Below, piece after piece: positions 12,001-25,951 of a stretch of 64,000 nucleotides of DNA. A program made the translations under genes and the position numbers. The DNA is from Naegleria gruberi (lineage: Eukaryota). The notes beneath the pieces were generated by a model. The model was given only the letters and a program-made list of their open reading frames with translations, was not told the origin of the DNA and did no database searches. The stretch lies in assembly GCA_000004985.1 (NCBI GenBank), contig GG738849.1. The stretch is one strand, 5' to 3'. Each line of letters begins with the position of its first letter. Positions within the stretch are counted from its first letter, which is position 1.

Positions 12001-15000
12001 NNNNNNNNNNNNNNNNNNNNNNNNNNNNNNNNNNNNNNNNNNNNNNNNNNNNNNNNNNNNNNNNNNNNNNNNNNNNNNNNNNNNNNNNNNNNNNNNNNNN
12101 NNNNNNNNNNNNNNNNNNNNNNNNNNNNNNNNNNNNNNNNNNNNNNNNNNNNNNNNNNNNNNNNNNNNNNNNNNNNNNNNNNNNNNNNNNNNNNNNNNNN
12201 NNNNNNNNNNNNNNNNNNNNNNNNNNNNNNNNNNNNNNNNNNNNNNNNNNNNNNNNNNNNNNNNNNNNNNNNNNNNNNNNNNNNNNNNNNNNNNNNNNNN
12301 NNNNNNNNNNNNNNNNNNNNNNNNNNNNNNNNNNNNNNNNNNNNNNNNNNNNNNNNNNNNNNNNNNNNNNNNNNNNNNNNNNNNNNNNNNNNNNNNNNNN
12401 NNNNNNNNNNNNNNNNNNNNNNNNNNNNNNNNNNNNNNNNNNNNNNNNNNNNNNNNNNNNNNNNNNNNNNNNNNNNNNNNNNNNNNNNNNNNNNNNNNNN
12501 NNNNNNNNNNNNNNNNNNNNNNNNNNNNNNNNNNNNNNNNNNNNNNNNNNNNNNNNNNNNNNNNNNNNNNNNNNNNNNNNNNNNNNNNNNNNNNNNNNNN
12601 NNNNNNNNNNNNNNNNNNNNNNNNNNNNNNNNNNNNNNNNNNNNNNNNNNNNNNNNNNNNNNNNNNNNNNNNNNNNNNNNNNNNNNNNNNNNNNNNNNNN
12701 NNNNNNNNNNNNNNNNNNNNNNNNNNNNNNNNNNNNNNNNNNNNNNNNNNNNNNNNNNNNNNNNNNNNNNNNNNNNNNNNNNNNNNNNNNNNNNNNNNNN
12801 NNNNNNNNNNNNNNNNNNNNNNNNNNNNNNNNNNNNNNNNNNNNNNNNNNNNNNNNNNNNNNNNNNNNNNNNNNNNNNNNNNNNNNNNNNNNNNNNNNNN
12901 NNNNNNNNNNNNNNNNNNNNNNNNNNNNNNNNNNNNNNNNNNNNNNNNNNNNNNNNNNNNNNNNNNNNNNNNNNNNNNNNNNNNNNNNNNNNNNNNNNNN
13001 NNNNNNNNNNNNNNNNNNNNNNNNNNNNNNNNNNNNNNNNNNNNNNNNNNNNNNNNNNNNNNNNNNNNNNNNNNNNNNNNNNNNNNNNNNNNNNNNNNNN
13101 NNNNNNNNNNNNNNNNNNNNNNNNNNNNNNNNNNNNNNNNNNNNNNNNNNNNNNNNNNNNNNNNNNNNNNNNNNNNNNNNNNNNNNNNNNNNNNNNNNNN
13201 NNNNNNNNNNNNNNNNNNNNNNNNNNNNNNNNNNNNNNNNNNNNNNNNNNNNNNNNNNNNNNNNNNNNNNNNNNNNNNNNNNNNNNNNNNNNNNNNNNNN
13301 NNNNNNNNNNNNNNNNNNNNNNNNNNNNNNNNNNNNNNNNNNNNNNNNNNNNNNNNNNNNNNNNNNNNNNNNNNNNNNNNNNNNNNNNNNNNNNNNNNNN
13401 NNNNNNNNNNNNNNNNNNNNNNNNNNNNNNNNNNNNNNNNNNNNNNNNNNNNNNNNNNNNNNNNNNNNNNNNNNNNNNNNNNNNNNNNNNNNNNNNNNNN
13501 NNNNNNNNNNNNNNNNNNNNNNNNNNNNNNNNNNNNNNNNNNNNNNNNNNNNNNNNNNNNNNNNNNNNNNNNNNNNNNNNNNNNNNNNNNNNNNNNNNNN
13601 NNNNNNNNNNNNNNNNNNNNNNNNNNNNNNNNNNNNNNNNNNNNNNNNNNNNNNNNNNNNNNNNNNNNNNNNNNNNNNNNNNNNNNNNNNNNNNNNNNNN
13701 NNNNNNNNNNNNNNNNNNNNNNNNNNNNNNNNNNNNNNNNNNNNNNNNNNNNNNNNNNNNNNNNNNNNNNNNNNNNNNNNNNNNNNNNNNNNNNNNNNNN
13801 NNNNNNNNNNNNNNNNNNNNNNNNNNNNNNNNNNNNNNNNNNNNNNNNNNNNNNNNNNNNNNNNNNNNNNNNNNNNNNNNNNNNNNNNNNNNNNNNNNNN
13901 NNNNNNNNNNNNNNNNNNNNNNNNNNNNNNNNNNNNNNNNNNNNNNNNNNNNNNNNNNNNNNNNNNNNNNNNNNNNNNNNNNNNNNNNNNNNNNNNNNNN
14001 NNNNNNNNNNNNNNNNNNNNNNNNNNNNNNNNNNNNNNNNNNNNNNNNNNNNNNNNNNNNNNNNNNNNNNNNNNNNNNNNNNNNNNNNNNNNNNNNNNNN
14101 NNNNNNNNNNNNNNNNNNNNNNNNNNNNNNNNNNNNNNNNNNNNNNNNNNNNNNNNNNNNNNNNNNNNNNNNNNNNNNNNNNNNNNNNNNNNNNNNNNNN
14201 NNNNNNNNNNNNNNNNNNNNNNNNNNNNNNNNNNNNNNNNNNNNNNNNNNNNNNNNNNNNNNNNNNNNNNNNNNNNNNNNNNNNNNNNNNNNNNNNNNNN
14301 NNNNNNNNNNNNNNNNNNNNNNNNNNNNNNNNNNNNNNNNNNNNNNNNNNNNNNNNNNNNNNNNNNNNNNNNNNNNNNNNNNNNNNNNNNNNNNNNNNNN
14401 NNNNNNNNNNNNNNNNNNNNNNNNNNNNNNNNNNNNNNNNNNNNNNNNNNNNNNNNNNNNNNNNNNNNNNNNNNNNNNNNNNNNNNNNNNNNNNNNNNNN
14501 NNNNNNNNNNNNNNNNNNNNNNNNNNNNNNNNNNNNNNNNNNNNNNNNNNNNNNNNNNNNNNNNNNNNNNNNNNNNNNNNNNNNNNNNNNNNNNNNNNNN
14601 NNNNNNNNNNNNNNNNNNNNNNNNNNNNNNNNNNNNNNNNNNNNNNNNNNNNNNNNNNNNNNNNNNNNNNNNNNNNNNNNNNNNNNNNNNNNNNNNNNNN
14701 NNNNNNNNNNNNNNNNNNNNNNNNNNNNNNNNNNNNNNNNNNNNNNNNNNNNNNNNNNNNNNNNNNNNNNNNNNNNNNNNNNNNNNNNNNNNNNNNNNNN
14801 NNNNNNNNNNNNNNNNNNNNNNNNNNNNNNNNNNNNNNNNNNNNNNNNNNNNNNNNNNNNNNNNNNNNNNNNNNNNNNNNNNNNNNNNNNNNNNNNNNNN
14901 NNNNNNNNNNNNNNNNNNNNNNNNNNNNNNNNNNNNNNNNNNNNNNNNNNNNNNNNNNNNNNNNNNNNNNNNNNNNNNNNNNNNNNNNNNNNNNNNNNNN

Positions 15001-18000
15001 NNNNNNNNNNNNNNNNNNNNNNNNNNNNNNNNNNNNNNNNNNNNNNNNNNNNNNNNNNNNNNNNNNNNNNNNNNNNNNNNNNNNNNNNNNNNNNNNNNNN
15101 NNNNNNNNNNNNNNNNNNNNNNNNNNNNNNNNNNNNNNNNNNNNNNNNNNNNNNNNNNNNNNNNNNNNNNNNNNNNNNNNNNNNNNNNNNNNNNNNNNNN
15201 NNNNNNNNNNNNNNNNNNNNNNNNNNNNNNNNNNNNNNNNNNNNNNNNNNNNNNNNNNNNNNNNNNNNNNNNNNNNNNNNNNNNNNNNNNNNNNNNNNNN
15301 NNNNNNNNNNNNNNNNNNNNNNNNNNNNNNNNNNNNNNNNNNNNNNNNNNNNNNNNNNNNNNNNNNNNNNNNNNNNNNNNNNNNNNNNNNNNNNNNNNNN
15401 NNNNNNNNNNNNNNNNNNNNNNNNNNNNNNNNNNNNNNNNNNNNNNNNNNNNNNNNNNNNNNNNNNNNNNNNNNNNNNNNNNNNNNNNNNNNNNNNNNNN
15501 NNNNNNNNNNNNNNNNNNNNNNNNNNNNNNNNNNNNNNNNNNNNNNNNNNNNNNNNNNNNNNNNNNNNNNNNNNNNNNNNNNNNNNNNNNNNNNNNNNNN
15601 NNNNNNNNNNNNNNNNNNNNNNNNNNNNNNNNNNNNNNNNNNNNNNNNNNNNNNNNNNNNNNNNNNNNNNNNNNNNNNNNNNNNNNNNNNNNNNNNNNNN
15701 NNNNNNNNNNNNNNNNNNNNNNNNNNNNNNNNNNNNNNNNNNNNNNNNNNNNNNNNNNNNNNNNNNNNNNNNNNNNNNNNNNNNNNNNNNNNNNNNNNNN
15801 NNNNNNNNNNNNNNNNNNNNNNNNNNNNNNNNNNNNNNNNNNNNNNNNNNNNNNNNNNNNNNNNNNNNNNNNNNNNNNNNNNNNNNNNNNNNNNNNNNNN
15901 NNNNNNNNNNNNNNNNNNNNNNNNNNNNNNNNNNNNNNNNNNNNNNNNNNNNNNNNNNNNNNNNNNNNNNNNNNNNNNNNNNNNNNNNNNNNNNNNNNNN
16001 NNNNNNNNNNNNNNNNNNNNNNNNNNNNNNNNNNNNNNNNNNNNNNNNNNNNNNNNNNNNNNNNNNNNNNNNNNNNNNNNNNNNNNNNNNNNNNNNNNNN
16101 NNNNNNNNNNNNNNNNNNNNNNNNNNNNNNNNNNNNNNNNNNNNNNNNNNNNNNNNNNNNNNNNNNNNNNNNNNNNNNNNNNNNNNNNNNNNNNNNNNNN
16201 NNNNNNNNNNNNNNNNNNNNNNNNNNNNNNNNNNNNNNNNNNNNNNNNNNNNNNNNNNNNNNNNNNNNNNNNNNNNNNNNNNNNNNNNNNNNNNNNNNNN
16301 NNNNNNNNNNNNNNNNNNNNNNNNNNNNNNNNNNNNNNNNNNNNNNNNNNNNNNNNNNNNNNNNNNNNNNNNNNNNNNNNNNNNNNNNNNNNNNNNNNNN
16401 NNNNNNNNNNNNNNNNNNNNNNNNNNNNNNNNNNNNNNNNNNNNNNNNNNNNNNNNNNNNNNNNNNNNNNNNNNNNNNNNNNNNNNNNNNNNNNNNNNNN
16501 NNNNNNNNNNNNNNNNNNNNNNNNNNNNNNNNNNNNNNNNNNNNNNNNNNNNNNNNNNNNNNNNNNNNNNNNNNNNNNNNNNNNNNNNNNNNNNNNNNNN
16601 NNNNNNNNNNNNNNNNNNNNNNNNNNNNNNNNNNNNNNNNNNNNNNNNNNNNNNNNNNNNNNNNNNNNNNNNNNNNNNNNNNNNNNNNNNNNNNNNNNNN
16701 NNNNNNNNNNNNNNNNNNNNNNNNNNNNNNNNNNNNNNNNNNNNNNNNNNNNNNNNNNNNNNNNNNNNNNNNNNNNNNNNNNNNNNNNNNNNNNNNNNNN
16801 NNNNNNNNNNNNNNNNNNNNNNNNNNNNNNNNNNNNNNNNNNNNNNNNNNNNNNNNNNNNNNNNNNNNNNNNNNNNNNNNNNNNNNNNNNNNNNNNNNNN
16901 NNNNNNNNNNNNNNNNNNNNNNNNNNNNNNNNNNNNNNNNNNNNNNNNNNNNNNNNNNNNNNNNNNNNNNNNNNNNNNNNNNNNNNNNNNNNNNNNNNNN
17001 NNNNNNNNNNNNNNNNNNNNNNNNNNNNNNNNNNNNNNNNNNNNNNNNNNNNNNNNNNNNNNNNNNNNNNNNNNNNNNNNNNNNNNNNNNNNNNNNNNNN
17101 NNNNNNNNNNNNNNNNNNNNNNNNNNNNNNNNNNNNNNNNNNNNNNNNNNNNNNNNNNNNNNNNNNNNNNNNNNNNNNNNNNNNNNNNNNNNNNNNNNNN
17201 NNNNNNNNNNNNNNNNNNNNNNNNNNNNNNNNNNNNNNNNNNNNNNNNNNNNNNNNNNNNNNNNNNNNNNNNNNNNNNNNNNNNNNNNNNNNNNNNNNNN
17301 NNNNNNNNNNNNNNNNNNNNNNNNNNNNNNNNNNNNNNNNNNNNNNNNNNNNNNNNNNNNNNNNNNNNNNNNNNNNNNNNNNNNNNNNNNNNNNNNNNNN
17401 NNNNNNNNNNNNNNNNNNNNNNNNNNNNNNNNNNNNNNNNNNNNNNNNNNNNNNNNNNNNNNNNNNNNNNNNNNNNNNNNNNNNNNNNNNNNNNNNNNNN
17501 NNNNNNNNNNNNNNNNNNNNNNNNNNNNNNNNNNNNNNNNNNNNNNNNNNNNNNNNNNNNNNNNNNNNNNNNNNNNNNNNNNNNNNNNNNNNNNNNNNNN
17601 NNNNNNNNNNNNNNNNNNNNNNNNNNNNNNNNNNNNNNNNNNNNNNNNNNNNNNNNNNNNNNNNNNNNNNNNNNNNNNNNNNNNNNNNNNNNNNNNNNNN
17701 NNNNNNNNNNNNNNNNNNNNNNNNNNNNNNNNNNNNNNNNNNNNNNNNNNNNNNNNNNNNNNNNNNNNNNNNNNNNNNNNNNNNNNNNNNNNNNNNNNNN
17801 NNNNNNNNNNNNNNNNNNNNNNNNNNNNNNNNNNNNNNNNNNNNNNNNNNNNNNNNNNNNNNNNNNNNNNNNNNNNNNNNNNNNNNNNNNNNNNNNNNNN
17901 NNNNNNNNNNNNNNNNNNNNNNNNNNNNNNNNNNNNNNNNNNNNNNNNNNNNNNNNNNNNNNNNNNNNNNNNNNNNNNNNNNNNNNNNNNNNNNNNNNNN

Positions 18001-21000
18001 NNNNNNNNNNNNNNNNNNNNNNNNNNNNNNNNNNNNNNNNNNNNNNNNNNNNNNNNNNNNNNNNNNNNNNNNNNNNNNNNNNNNNNNNNNNNNNNNNNNN
18101 NNNNNNNNNNNNNNNNNNNNNNNNNNNNNNNNNNNNNNNNNNNNNNNNNNNNNNNNNNNNNNNNNNNNNNNNNNNNNNNNNNNNNNNNNNNNNNNNNNNN
18201 NNNNNNNNNNNNNNNNNNNNNNNNNNNNNNNNNNNNNNNNNNNNNNNNNNNNNNNNNNNNNNNNNNNNNNNNNNNNNNNNNNNNNNNNNNNNNNNNNNNN
18301 NNNNNNNNNNNNNNNNNNNNNNNNNNNNNNNNNNNNNNNNNNNNNNNNNNNNNNNNNNNNNNNNNNNNNNNNNNNNNNNNNNNNNNNNNNNNNNNNNNNN
18401 NNNNNNNNNNNNNNNNNNNNNNNNNNNNNNNNNNNNNNNNNNNNNNNNNNNNNNNNNNNNNNNNNNNNNNNNNNNNNNNNNNNNNNNNNNNNNNNNNNNN
18501 NNNNNNNNNNNNNNNNNNNNNNNNNNNNNNNNNNNNNNNNNNNNNNNNNNNNNNNNNNNNNNNNNNNNNNNNNNNNNNNNNNNNNNNNNNNNNNNNNNNN
18601 NNNNNNNNNNNNNNNNNNNNNNNNNNNNNNNNNNNNNNNNNNNNNNNNNNNNNNNNNNNNNNNNNNNNNNNNNNNNNNNNNNNNNNNNNNNNNNNNNNNN
18701 NNNNNNNNNNNNNNNNNNNNNNNNNNNNNNNNNNNNNNNNNNNNNNNNNNNNNNNNNNNNNNNNNNNNNNNNNNNNNNNNNNNNNNNNNNNNNNNNNNNN
18801 NNNNNNNNNNNNNNNNNNNNNNNNNNNNNNNNNNNNNNNNNNNNNNNNNNNNNNNNNNNNNNNNNNNNNNNNNNNNNNNNNNNNNNNNNNNNNNNNNNNN
18901 NNNNNNNNNNNNNNNNNNNNNNNNNNNNNNNNNNNNNNNNNNNNNNNNNNNNNNNNNNNNNNNNNNNNNNNNNNNNNNNNNNNNNNNNNNNNNNNNNNNN
19001 NNNNNNNNNNNNNNNNNNNNNNNNNNNNNNNNNNNNNNNNNNNNNNNNNNNNNNNNNNNNNNNNNNNNNNNNNNNNNNNNNNNNNNNNNNNNNNNNNNNN
19101 NNNNNNNNNNNNNNNNNNNNNNNNNNNNNNNNNNNNNNNNNNNNNNNNNNNNNNNNNNNNNNNNNNNNNNNNNNNNNNNNNNNNNNNNNNNNNNNNNNNN
19201 NNNNNNNNNNNNNNNNNNNNNNNNNNNNNNNNNNNNNNNNNNNNNNNNNNNNNNNNNNNNNNNNNNNNNNNNNNNNNNNNNNNNNNNNNNNNNNNNNNNN
19301 NNNNNNNNNNNNNNNNNNNNNNNNNNNNNNNNNNNNNNNNNNNNNNNNNNNNNNNNNNNNNNNNNNNNNNNNNNNNNNNNNNNNNNNNNNNNNNNNNNNN
19401 NNNNNNNNNNNNNNNNNNNNNNNNNNNNNNNNNNNNNNNNNNNNNNNNNNNNNNNNNNNNNNNNNNNNNNNNNNNNNNNNNNNNNNNNNNNNNNNNNNNN
19501 NNNNNNNNNNNNNNNNNNNNNNNNNNNNNNNNNNNNNNNNNNNNNNNNNNNNNNNNNNNNNNNNNNNNNNNNNNNNNNNNNNNNNNNNNNNNNNNNNNNN
19601 NNNNNNNNNNNNNNNNNNNNNNNNNNNNNNNNNNNNNNNNNNNNNNNNNNNNNNNNNNNNNNNNNNNNNNNNNNNNNNNNNNNNNNNNNNNNNNNNNNNN
19701 NNNNNNNNNNNNNNNNNNNNNNNNNNNNNNNNNNNNNNNNNNNNNNNNNNNNNNNNNNNNNNNNNNNNNNNNNNNNNNNNNNNNNNNNNNNNNNNNNNNN
19801 NNNNNNNNNNNNNNNNNNNNNNNNNNNNNNNNNNNNNNNNNNNNNNNNNNNNNNNNNNNNNNNNNNNNNNNNNNNNNNNNNNNNNNNNNNNNNNNNNNNN
19901 NNNNNNNNNNNNNNNNNNNNNNNNNNNNNNNNNNNNNNNNNNNNNNNNNNNNNNNNNNNNNNNNNNNNNNNNNNNNNNNNNNNNNNNNNNNNNNNNNNNN
20001 NNNNNNNNNNNNNNNNNNNNNNNNNNNNNNNNNNNNNNNNNNNNNNNNNNNNNNNNNNNNNNNNNNNNNNNNNNNNNNNNNNNNNNNNNNNNNNNNNNNN
20101 NNNNNNNNNNNNNNNNNNNNNNNNNNNNNNNNNNNNNNNNNNNNNNNNNNNNNNNNNNNNNNNNNNNNNNNNNNNNNNNNNNNNNNNNNNNNNNNNNNNN
20201 NNNNNNNNNNNNNNNNNNNNNNNNNNNNNNNNNNNNNNNNNNNNNNNNNNNNNNNNNNNNNNNNNNNNNNNNNNNNNNNNNNNNNNNNNNNNNNNNNNNN
20301 NNNNNNNNNNNNNNNNNNNNNNNNNNNNNNNNNNNNNNNNNNNNNNNNNNNNNNNNNNNNNNNNNNNNNNNNNNNNNNNNNNNNNNNNNNNNNNNNNNNN
20401 NNNNNNNNNNNNNNNNNNNNNNNNNNNNNNNNNNNNNNNNNNNNNNNNNNNNNNNNNNNNNNNNNNNNNNNNNNNNNNNNNNNNNNNNNNNNNNNNNNNN
20501 NNNNNNNNNNNNNNNNNNNNNNNNNNNNNNNNNNNNNNNNNNNNNNNNNNNNNNNNNNNNNNNNNNNNNNNNNNNNNNNNNNNNNNNNNNNNNNNNNNNN
20601 NNNNNNNNNNNNNNNNNNNNNNNNNNNNNNNNNNNNNNNNNNNNNNNNNNNNNNNNNNNNNNNNNNNNNNNNNNNNNNNNNNNNNNNNNNNNNNNNNNNN
20701 NNNNNNNNNNNNNNNNNNNNNNNNNNNNNNNNNNNNNNNNNNNNNNNNNNNNNNNNNNNNNNNNNNNNNNNNNNNNNNNNNNNNNNNNNNNNNNNNNNNN
20801 NNNNNNNNNNNNNNNNNNNNNNNNNNNNNNNNNNNNNNNNNNNNNNNNNNNNNNNNNNNNNNNNNNNNNNNNNNNNNNNNNNNNNNNNNNNNNNNNNNNN
20901 NNNNNNNNNNNNNNNNNNNNNNNNNNNNNNNNNNNNNNNNNNNNNNNNNNNNNNNNNNNNNNNNNNNNNNNNNNNNNNNNNNNNNNNNNNNNNNNNNNNN

Positions 21001-24000
21001 NNNNNNNNNNNNNNNNNNNNNNNNNNNNNNNNNNNNNNNNNNNNNNNNNNNNNNNNNNNNNNNNNNNNNNNNNNNNNNNNNNNNNNNNNNNNNNNNNNNN
21101 NNNNNNNNNNNNNNNNNNNNNNNNNNNNNNNNNNNNNNNNNNNNNNNNNNNNNNNNNNNNNNNNNNNNNNNNNNNNNNNNNNNNNNNNNNNNNNNNNNNN
21201 NNNNNNNNNNNNNNNNNNNNNNNNNNNNNNNNNNNNNNNNNNNNNNNNNNNNNNNNNNNNNNNNNNNNNNNNNNNNNNNNNNNNNNNNNNNNNNNNNNNN
21301 NNNNNNNNNNNNNNNNNNNNNNNNNNNNNNNNNNNNNNNNNNNNNNNNNNNNNNNNNNNNNNNNNNNNNNNNNNNNNNNNNNNNNNNNNNNNNNNNNNNN
21401 NNNNNNNNNNNNNNNNNNNNNNNNNNNNNNNNNNNNNNNNNNNNNNNNNNNNNNNNNNNNNNNNNNNNNNNNNNNNNNNNNNNNNNNNNNNNNNNNNNNN
21501 NNNNNNNNNNNNNNNNNNNNNNNNNNNNNNNNNNNNNNNNNNNNNNNNNNNNNNNNNNNNNNNNNNNNNNNNNNNNNNNNNNNNNNNNNNNNNNNNNNNN
21601 NNNNNNNNNNNNNNNNNNNNNNNNNNNNNNNNNNNNNNNNNNNNNNNNNNNNNNNNNNNNNNNNNNNNNNNNNNNNNNNNNNNNNNNNNNNNNNNNNNNN
21701 NNNNNNNNNNNNNNNNNNNNNNNNNNNNNNNNNNNNNNNNNNNNNNNNNNNNNNNNNNNNNNNNNNNNNNNNNNNNNNNNNNNNNNNNNNNNNNNNNNNN
21801 NNNNNNNNNNNNNNNNNNNNNNNNNNNNNNNNNNNNNNNNNNNNNNNNNNNNNNNNNNNNNNNNNNNNNNNNNNNNNNNNNNNNNNNNNNNNNNNNNNNN
21901 NNNNNNNNNNNNNNNNNNNNNNNNNNNNNNNNNNNNNNNNNNNNNNNNNNNNNNNNNNNNNNNNNNNNNNNNNNNNNNNNNNNNNNNNNNNNNNNNNNNN
22001 NNNNNNNNNNNNNNNNNNNNNNNNNNNNNNNNNNNNNNNNNNNNNNNNNNNNNNNNNNNNNNNNNNNNNNNNNNNNNNNNNNNNNNNNNNNNNNNNNNNN
22101 NNNNNNNNNNNNNNNNNNNNNNNNNNNNNNNNNNNNNNNNNNNNNNNNNNNNNNNNNNNNNNNNNNNNNNNNNNNNNNNNNNNNNNNNNNNNNNNNNNNN
22201 NNNNNNNNNNNNNNNNNNNNNNNNNNNNNNNNNNNNNNNNNNNNNNNNNNNNNNNNNNNNNNNNNNNNNNNNNNNNNNNNNNNNNNNNNNNNNNNNNNNN
22301 NNNNNNNNNNNNNNNNNNNNNNNNNNNNNNNNNNNNNNNNNNNNNNNNNNNNNNNNNNNNNNNNNNNNNNNNNNNNNNNNNNNNNNNNNNNNNNNNNNNN
22401 NNNNNNNNNNNNNNNNNNNNNNNNNNNNNNNNNNNNNNNNNNNNNNNNNNNNNNNNNNNNNNNNNNNNNNNNNNNNNNNNNNNNNNNNNNNNNNNNNNNN
22501 NNNNNNNNNNNNNNNNNNNNNNNNNNNNNNNNNNNNNNNNNNNNNNNNNNNNNNNNNNNNNNNNNNNNNNNNNNNNNNNNNNNNNNNNNNNNNNNNNNNN
22601 NNNNNNNNNNNNNNNNNNNNNNNNNNNNNNNNNNNNNNNNNNNNNNNNNNNNNNNNNNNNNNNNNNNNNNNNNNNNNNNNNNNNNNNNNNNNNNNNNNNN
22701 NNNNNNNNNNNNNNNNNNNNNNNNNNNNNNNNNNNNNNNNNNNNNNNNNNNNNNNNNNNNNNNNNNNNNNNNNNNNNNNNNNNNNNNNNNNNNNNNNNNN
22801 NNNNNNNNNNNNNNNNNNNNNNNNNNNNNNNNNNNNNNNNNNNNNNNNNNNNNNNNNNNNNNNNNNNNNNNNNNNNNNNNNNNNNNNNNNNNNNNNNNNN
22901 NNNNNNNNNNNNNNNNNNNNNNNNNNNNNNNNNNNNNNNNNNNNNNNNNNNNNNNNNNNNNNNNNNNNNNNNNNNNNNNNNNNNNNNNNNNNNNNNNNNN
23001 NNNNNNNNNNNNNNNNNNNNNNNNNNNNNNNNNNNNNNNNNNNNNNNNNNNNNNNNNNNNNNNNNNNNNNNNNNNNNNNNNNNNNNNNNNNNNNNNNNNN
23101 NNNNNNNNNNNNNNNNNNNNNNNNNNNNNNNNNNNNNNNNNNNNNNNNNNNNNNNNNNNNNNNNNNNNNNNNNNNNNNNNNNNNNNNNNNNNNNNNNNNN
23201 NNNNNNNNNNNNNNNNNNNNNNNNNNNNNNNNNNNNNNNNNNNNNNNNNNNNNNNNNNNNNNNNNNNNNNNNNNNNNNNNNNNNNNNNNNNNNNNNNNNN
23301 NNNNNNNNNNNNNNNNNNNNNNNNNNNNNNNNNNNNNNNNNNNNNNNNNNNNNNNNNNNNNNNNNNNNNNNNNNNNNNNNNNNNNNNNNNNNNNNNNNNN
23401 NNNNNNNNNNNNNNNNNNNNNNNNNNNNNNNNNNNNNNNNNNNNNNNNNNNNNNNNNNNNNNNNNNNNNNNNNNNNNNNNNNNNNNNNNNNNNNNNNNNN
23501 NNNNNNNNNNNNNNNNNNNNNNNNNNNNNNNNNNNNNNNNNNNNNNNNNNNNNNNNNNNNNNNNNNNNNNNNNNNNNNNNNNNNNNNNNNNNNNNNNNNN
23601 NNNNNNNNNNNNNNNNNNNNNNNNNNNNNNNNNNNNNNNNNNNNNNNNNNNNNNNNNNNNNNNNNNNNNNNNNNNNNNNNNNNNNNNNNNNNNNNNNNNN
23701 NNNNNNNNNNNNNNNNNNNNNNNNNNNNNNNNNNNNNNNNNNNNNNNNNNNNNNNNNNNNNNNNNNNNNNNNNNNNNNNNNNNNNNNNNNNNNNNNNNNN
23801 NNNNNNNNNNNNNNNNNNNNNNNNNNNNNNNNNNNNNNNNNNNNNNNNNNNNNNNNNNNNNNNNNNNNNNNNNNNNNNNNNNNNNNNNNNNNNNNNNNNN
23901 NNNNNNNNNNNNNNNNNNNNNNNNNNNNNNNNNNNNNNNNNNNNNNNNNNNNNNNNNNNNNNNNNNNNNNNNNNNNNNNNNNNNNNNNNNNNNNNNNNNN

Positions 24001-25951
24001 NNNNNNNNNNNNNNNNNNNNNNNNNNNNNNNNNNNNNNNNNNNNNNNNNNNNNNNNNNNNNNNNNNNNNNNNNNNNNNNNNNNNNNNNNNNNNNNNNNNN
24101 NNNNNNNNNNNNNNNNNNNNNNNNNNNNNNNNNNNNNNNNNNNNNNNNNNNNNNNNNNNNNNNNNNNNNNNNNNNNNNNNNNNNNNNNNNNNNNNNNNNN
24201 NNNNNNNNNNNNNNNNNNNNNNNNNNNNNNNNNNNNNNNNNNNNNNNNNNNNNNNNNNNNNNNNNNNNNNNNNNNNNNNNNNNNNNNNNNNNNNNNNNNN
24301 NNNNNNNNNNNNNNNNNNNNNNNNNNNNNNNNNNNNNNNNNNNNNNNNNNNNNNNNNNNNNNNNNNNNNNNNNNNNNNNNNNNNNNNNNNNNNNNNNNNN
24401 NNNNNNNNNNNNNNNNNNNNNNNNNNNNNNNNNNNNNNNNNNNNNNNNNNNNNNNNNNNNNNNNNNNNNNNNNNNNNNNNNNNNNNNNNNNNNNNNNNNN
24501 NNNNNNNNNNNNNNNNNNNNNNNNNNNNNNNNNNNNNNNNNNNNNNNNNNNNNNNNNNNNNNNNNNNNNNNNNNNNNNNNNNNNNNNNNNNNNNNNNNNN
24601 NNNNNNNNNNNNNNNNNNNNNNNNNNNNNNNNNNNNNNNNNNNNNNNNNNNNNNNNNNNNNNNNNNNNNNNNNNNNNNNNNNNNNNNNNNNNNNNNNNNN
24701 NNNNNNNNNNNNNNNNNNNNNNNNNNNNNNNNNNNNNNNNNNNNNNNNNNNNNNNNNNNNNNNNNNNNNNNNNNNNNNNNNNNNNNNNNNNNNNNNNNNN
24801 NNNNNNNNNNNNNNNNNNNNNNNNNNNNNNNNNNNNNNNNNNNNNNNNNNNNNNNNNNNNNNNNNNNNNNNNNNNNNNNNNNNNNNNNNNNNNNNNNNNN
24901 NNNNNNNNNNNNNNNNNNNNNNNNNNNNNNNNNNNNNNNNNNNNNNNNNNNNNNNNNNNNNNNNNNNNNNNNNNNNNNNNNNNNNNNNNNNNNNNNNNNN
25001 NNNNNNNNNNNNNNNNNNNNNNNNNNNNNNNNNNNNNNNNNNNNNNNNNNNNNNNNNNNNNNNNNNNNNNNNNNNNNNNNNNNNNNNNNNNNNNNNNNNN
25101 NNNNNNNNNNNNNNNNNNNNNNNNNNNNNNNNNNNNNNNNNNNNNNNNNNNNNNNNNNNNNNNNNNNNNNNNNNNNNNNNNNNNNNNNNNNNNNNNNNNN
25201 NNNNNNNNNNNNNNNNNNNNNNNNNNNNNNNNNNNNNNNNNNNNNNNNNNNNNNNNNNNNNNNNNNNNNNNNNNNNNNNNNNNNNNNNNNNNNNNNNNNN
25301 NNNNNNNNNNNNNNNNNNNNNNNNNNNNNNNNNNNNNNNNNNNNNNNNNNNNNNNNNNNNNNNNNNNNNNNNNNNNNNNNNNNNNNNNNNNNNNNNNNNN
25401 NNNNNNNNNNNNNNNNNNNNNNNNNNNNNNNNNNNNNNNNNNNNNNNNNNNNNNNNNNNNNNNNNNNNNNNNNNNNNNNNNNNNNNNNNNNNNNNNNNNN
25501 NNNNNNNNNNNNNNNNNNNNNNNNNNNNNNNNNNNNNNNNNNNNNNNNNNNNNNNNNNNNNNNNNNNNNNNNNNNNNNNNNNNNNNNNNNNNNNNNNNNN
25601 NNNNNNNNNNNNNNNNNNNNNNNNNNNNNNNNNNNNNNNNNNNNNNNNNNNNNNNNNNNNNNNNNNNNNNNNNNNNNNNNNNNNNNNNNNNNNNNNNNNN
25701 NNNNNNNNNNNNNNNNNNNNNNNNNNNNNNNNNNNNNNNNNNNNNNNNNNNNNNNNNNNNNNNNNNNNNNNNNNNNNNNNNNNNNNNNNNNNNNNNNNNN
25801 NNNNNNNNNNNNNNNNNNNNNNNNNNNNNNNNNNNNNNNNNNNNNNNNNNNNNNNNNNNNNNNNNNNNNNNNNNNNNNNNNNNNNNNNNNNNNNNNNNNN
25901 NNNNNNNNNNNNNNNNNNNNNNNNNNNNNNNNNNNNNNNNNNNNNNNNNNN
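1..25951. other. Hard-masked or gap sequence (continuous N run); no information available
   Basis: Every base in this range is 'n' in the supplied sequence. Confidence 1.
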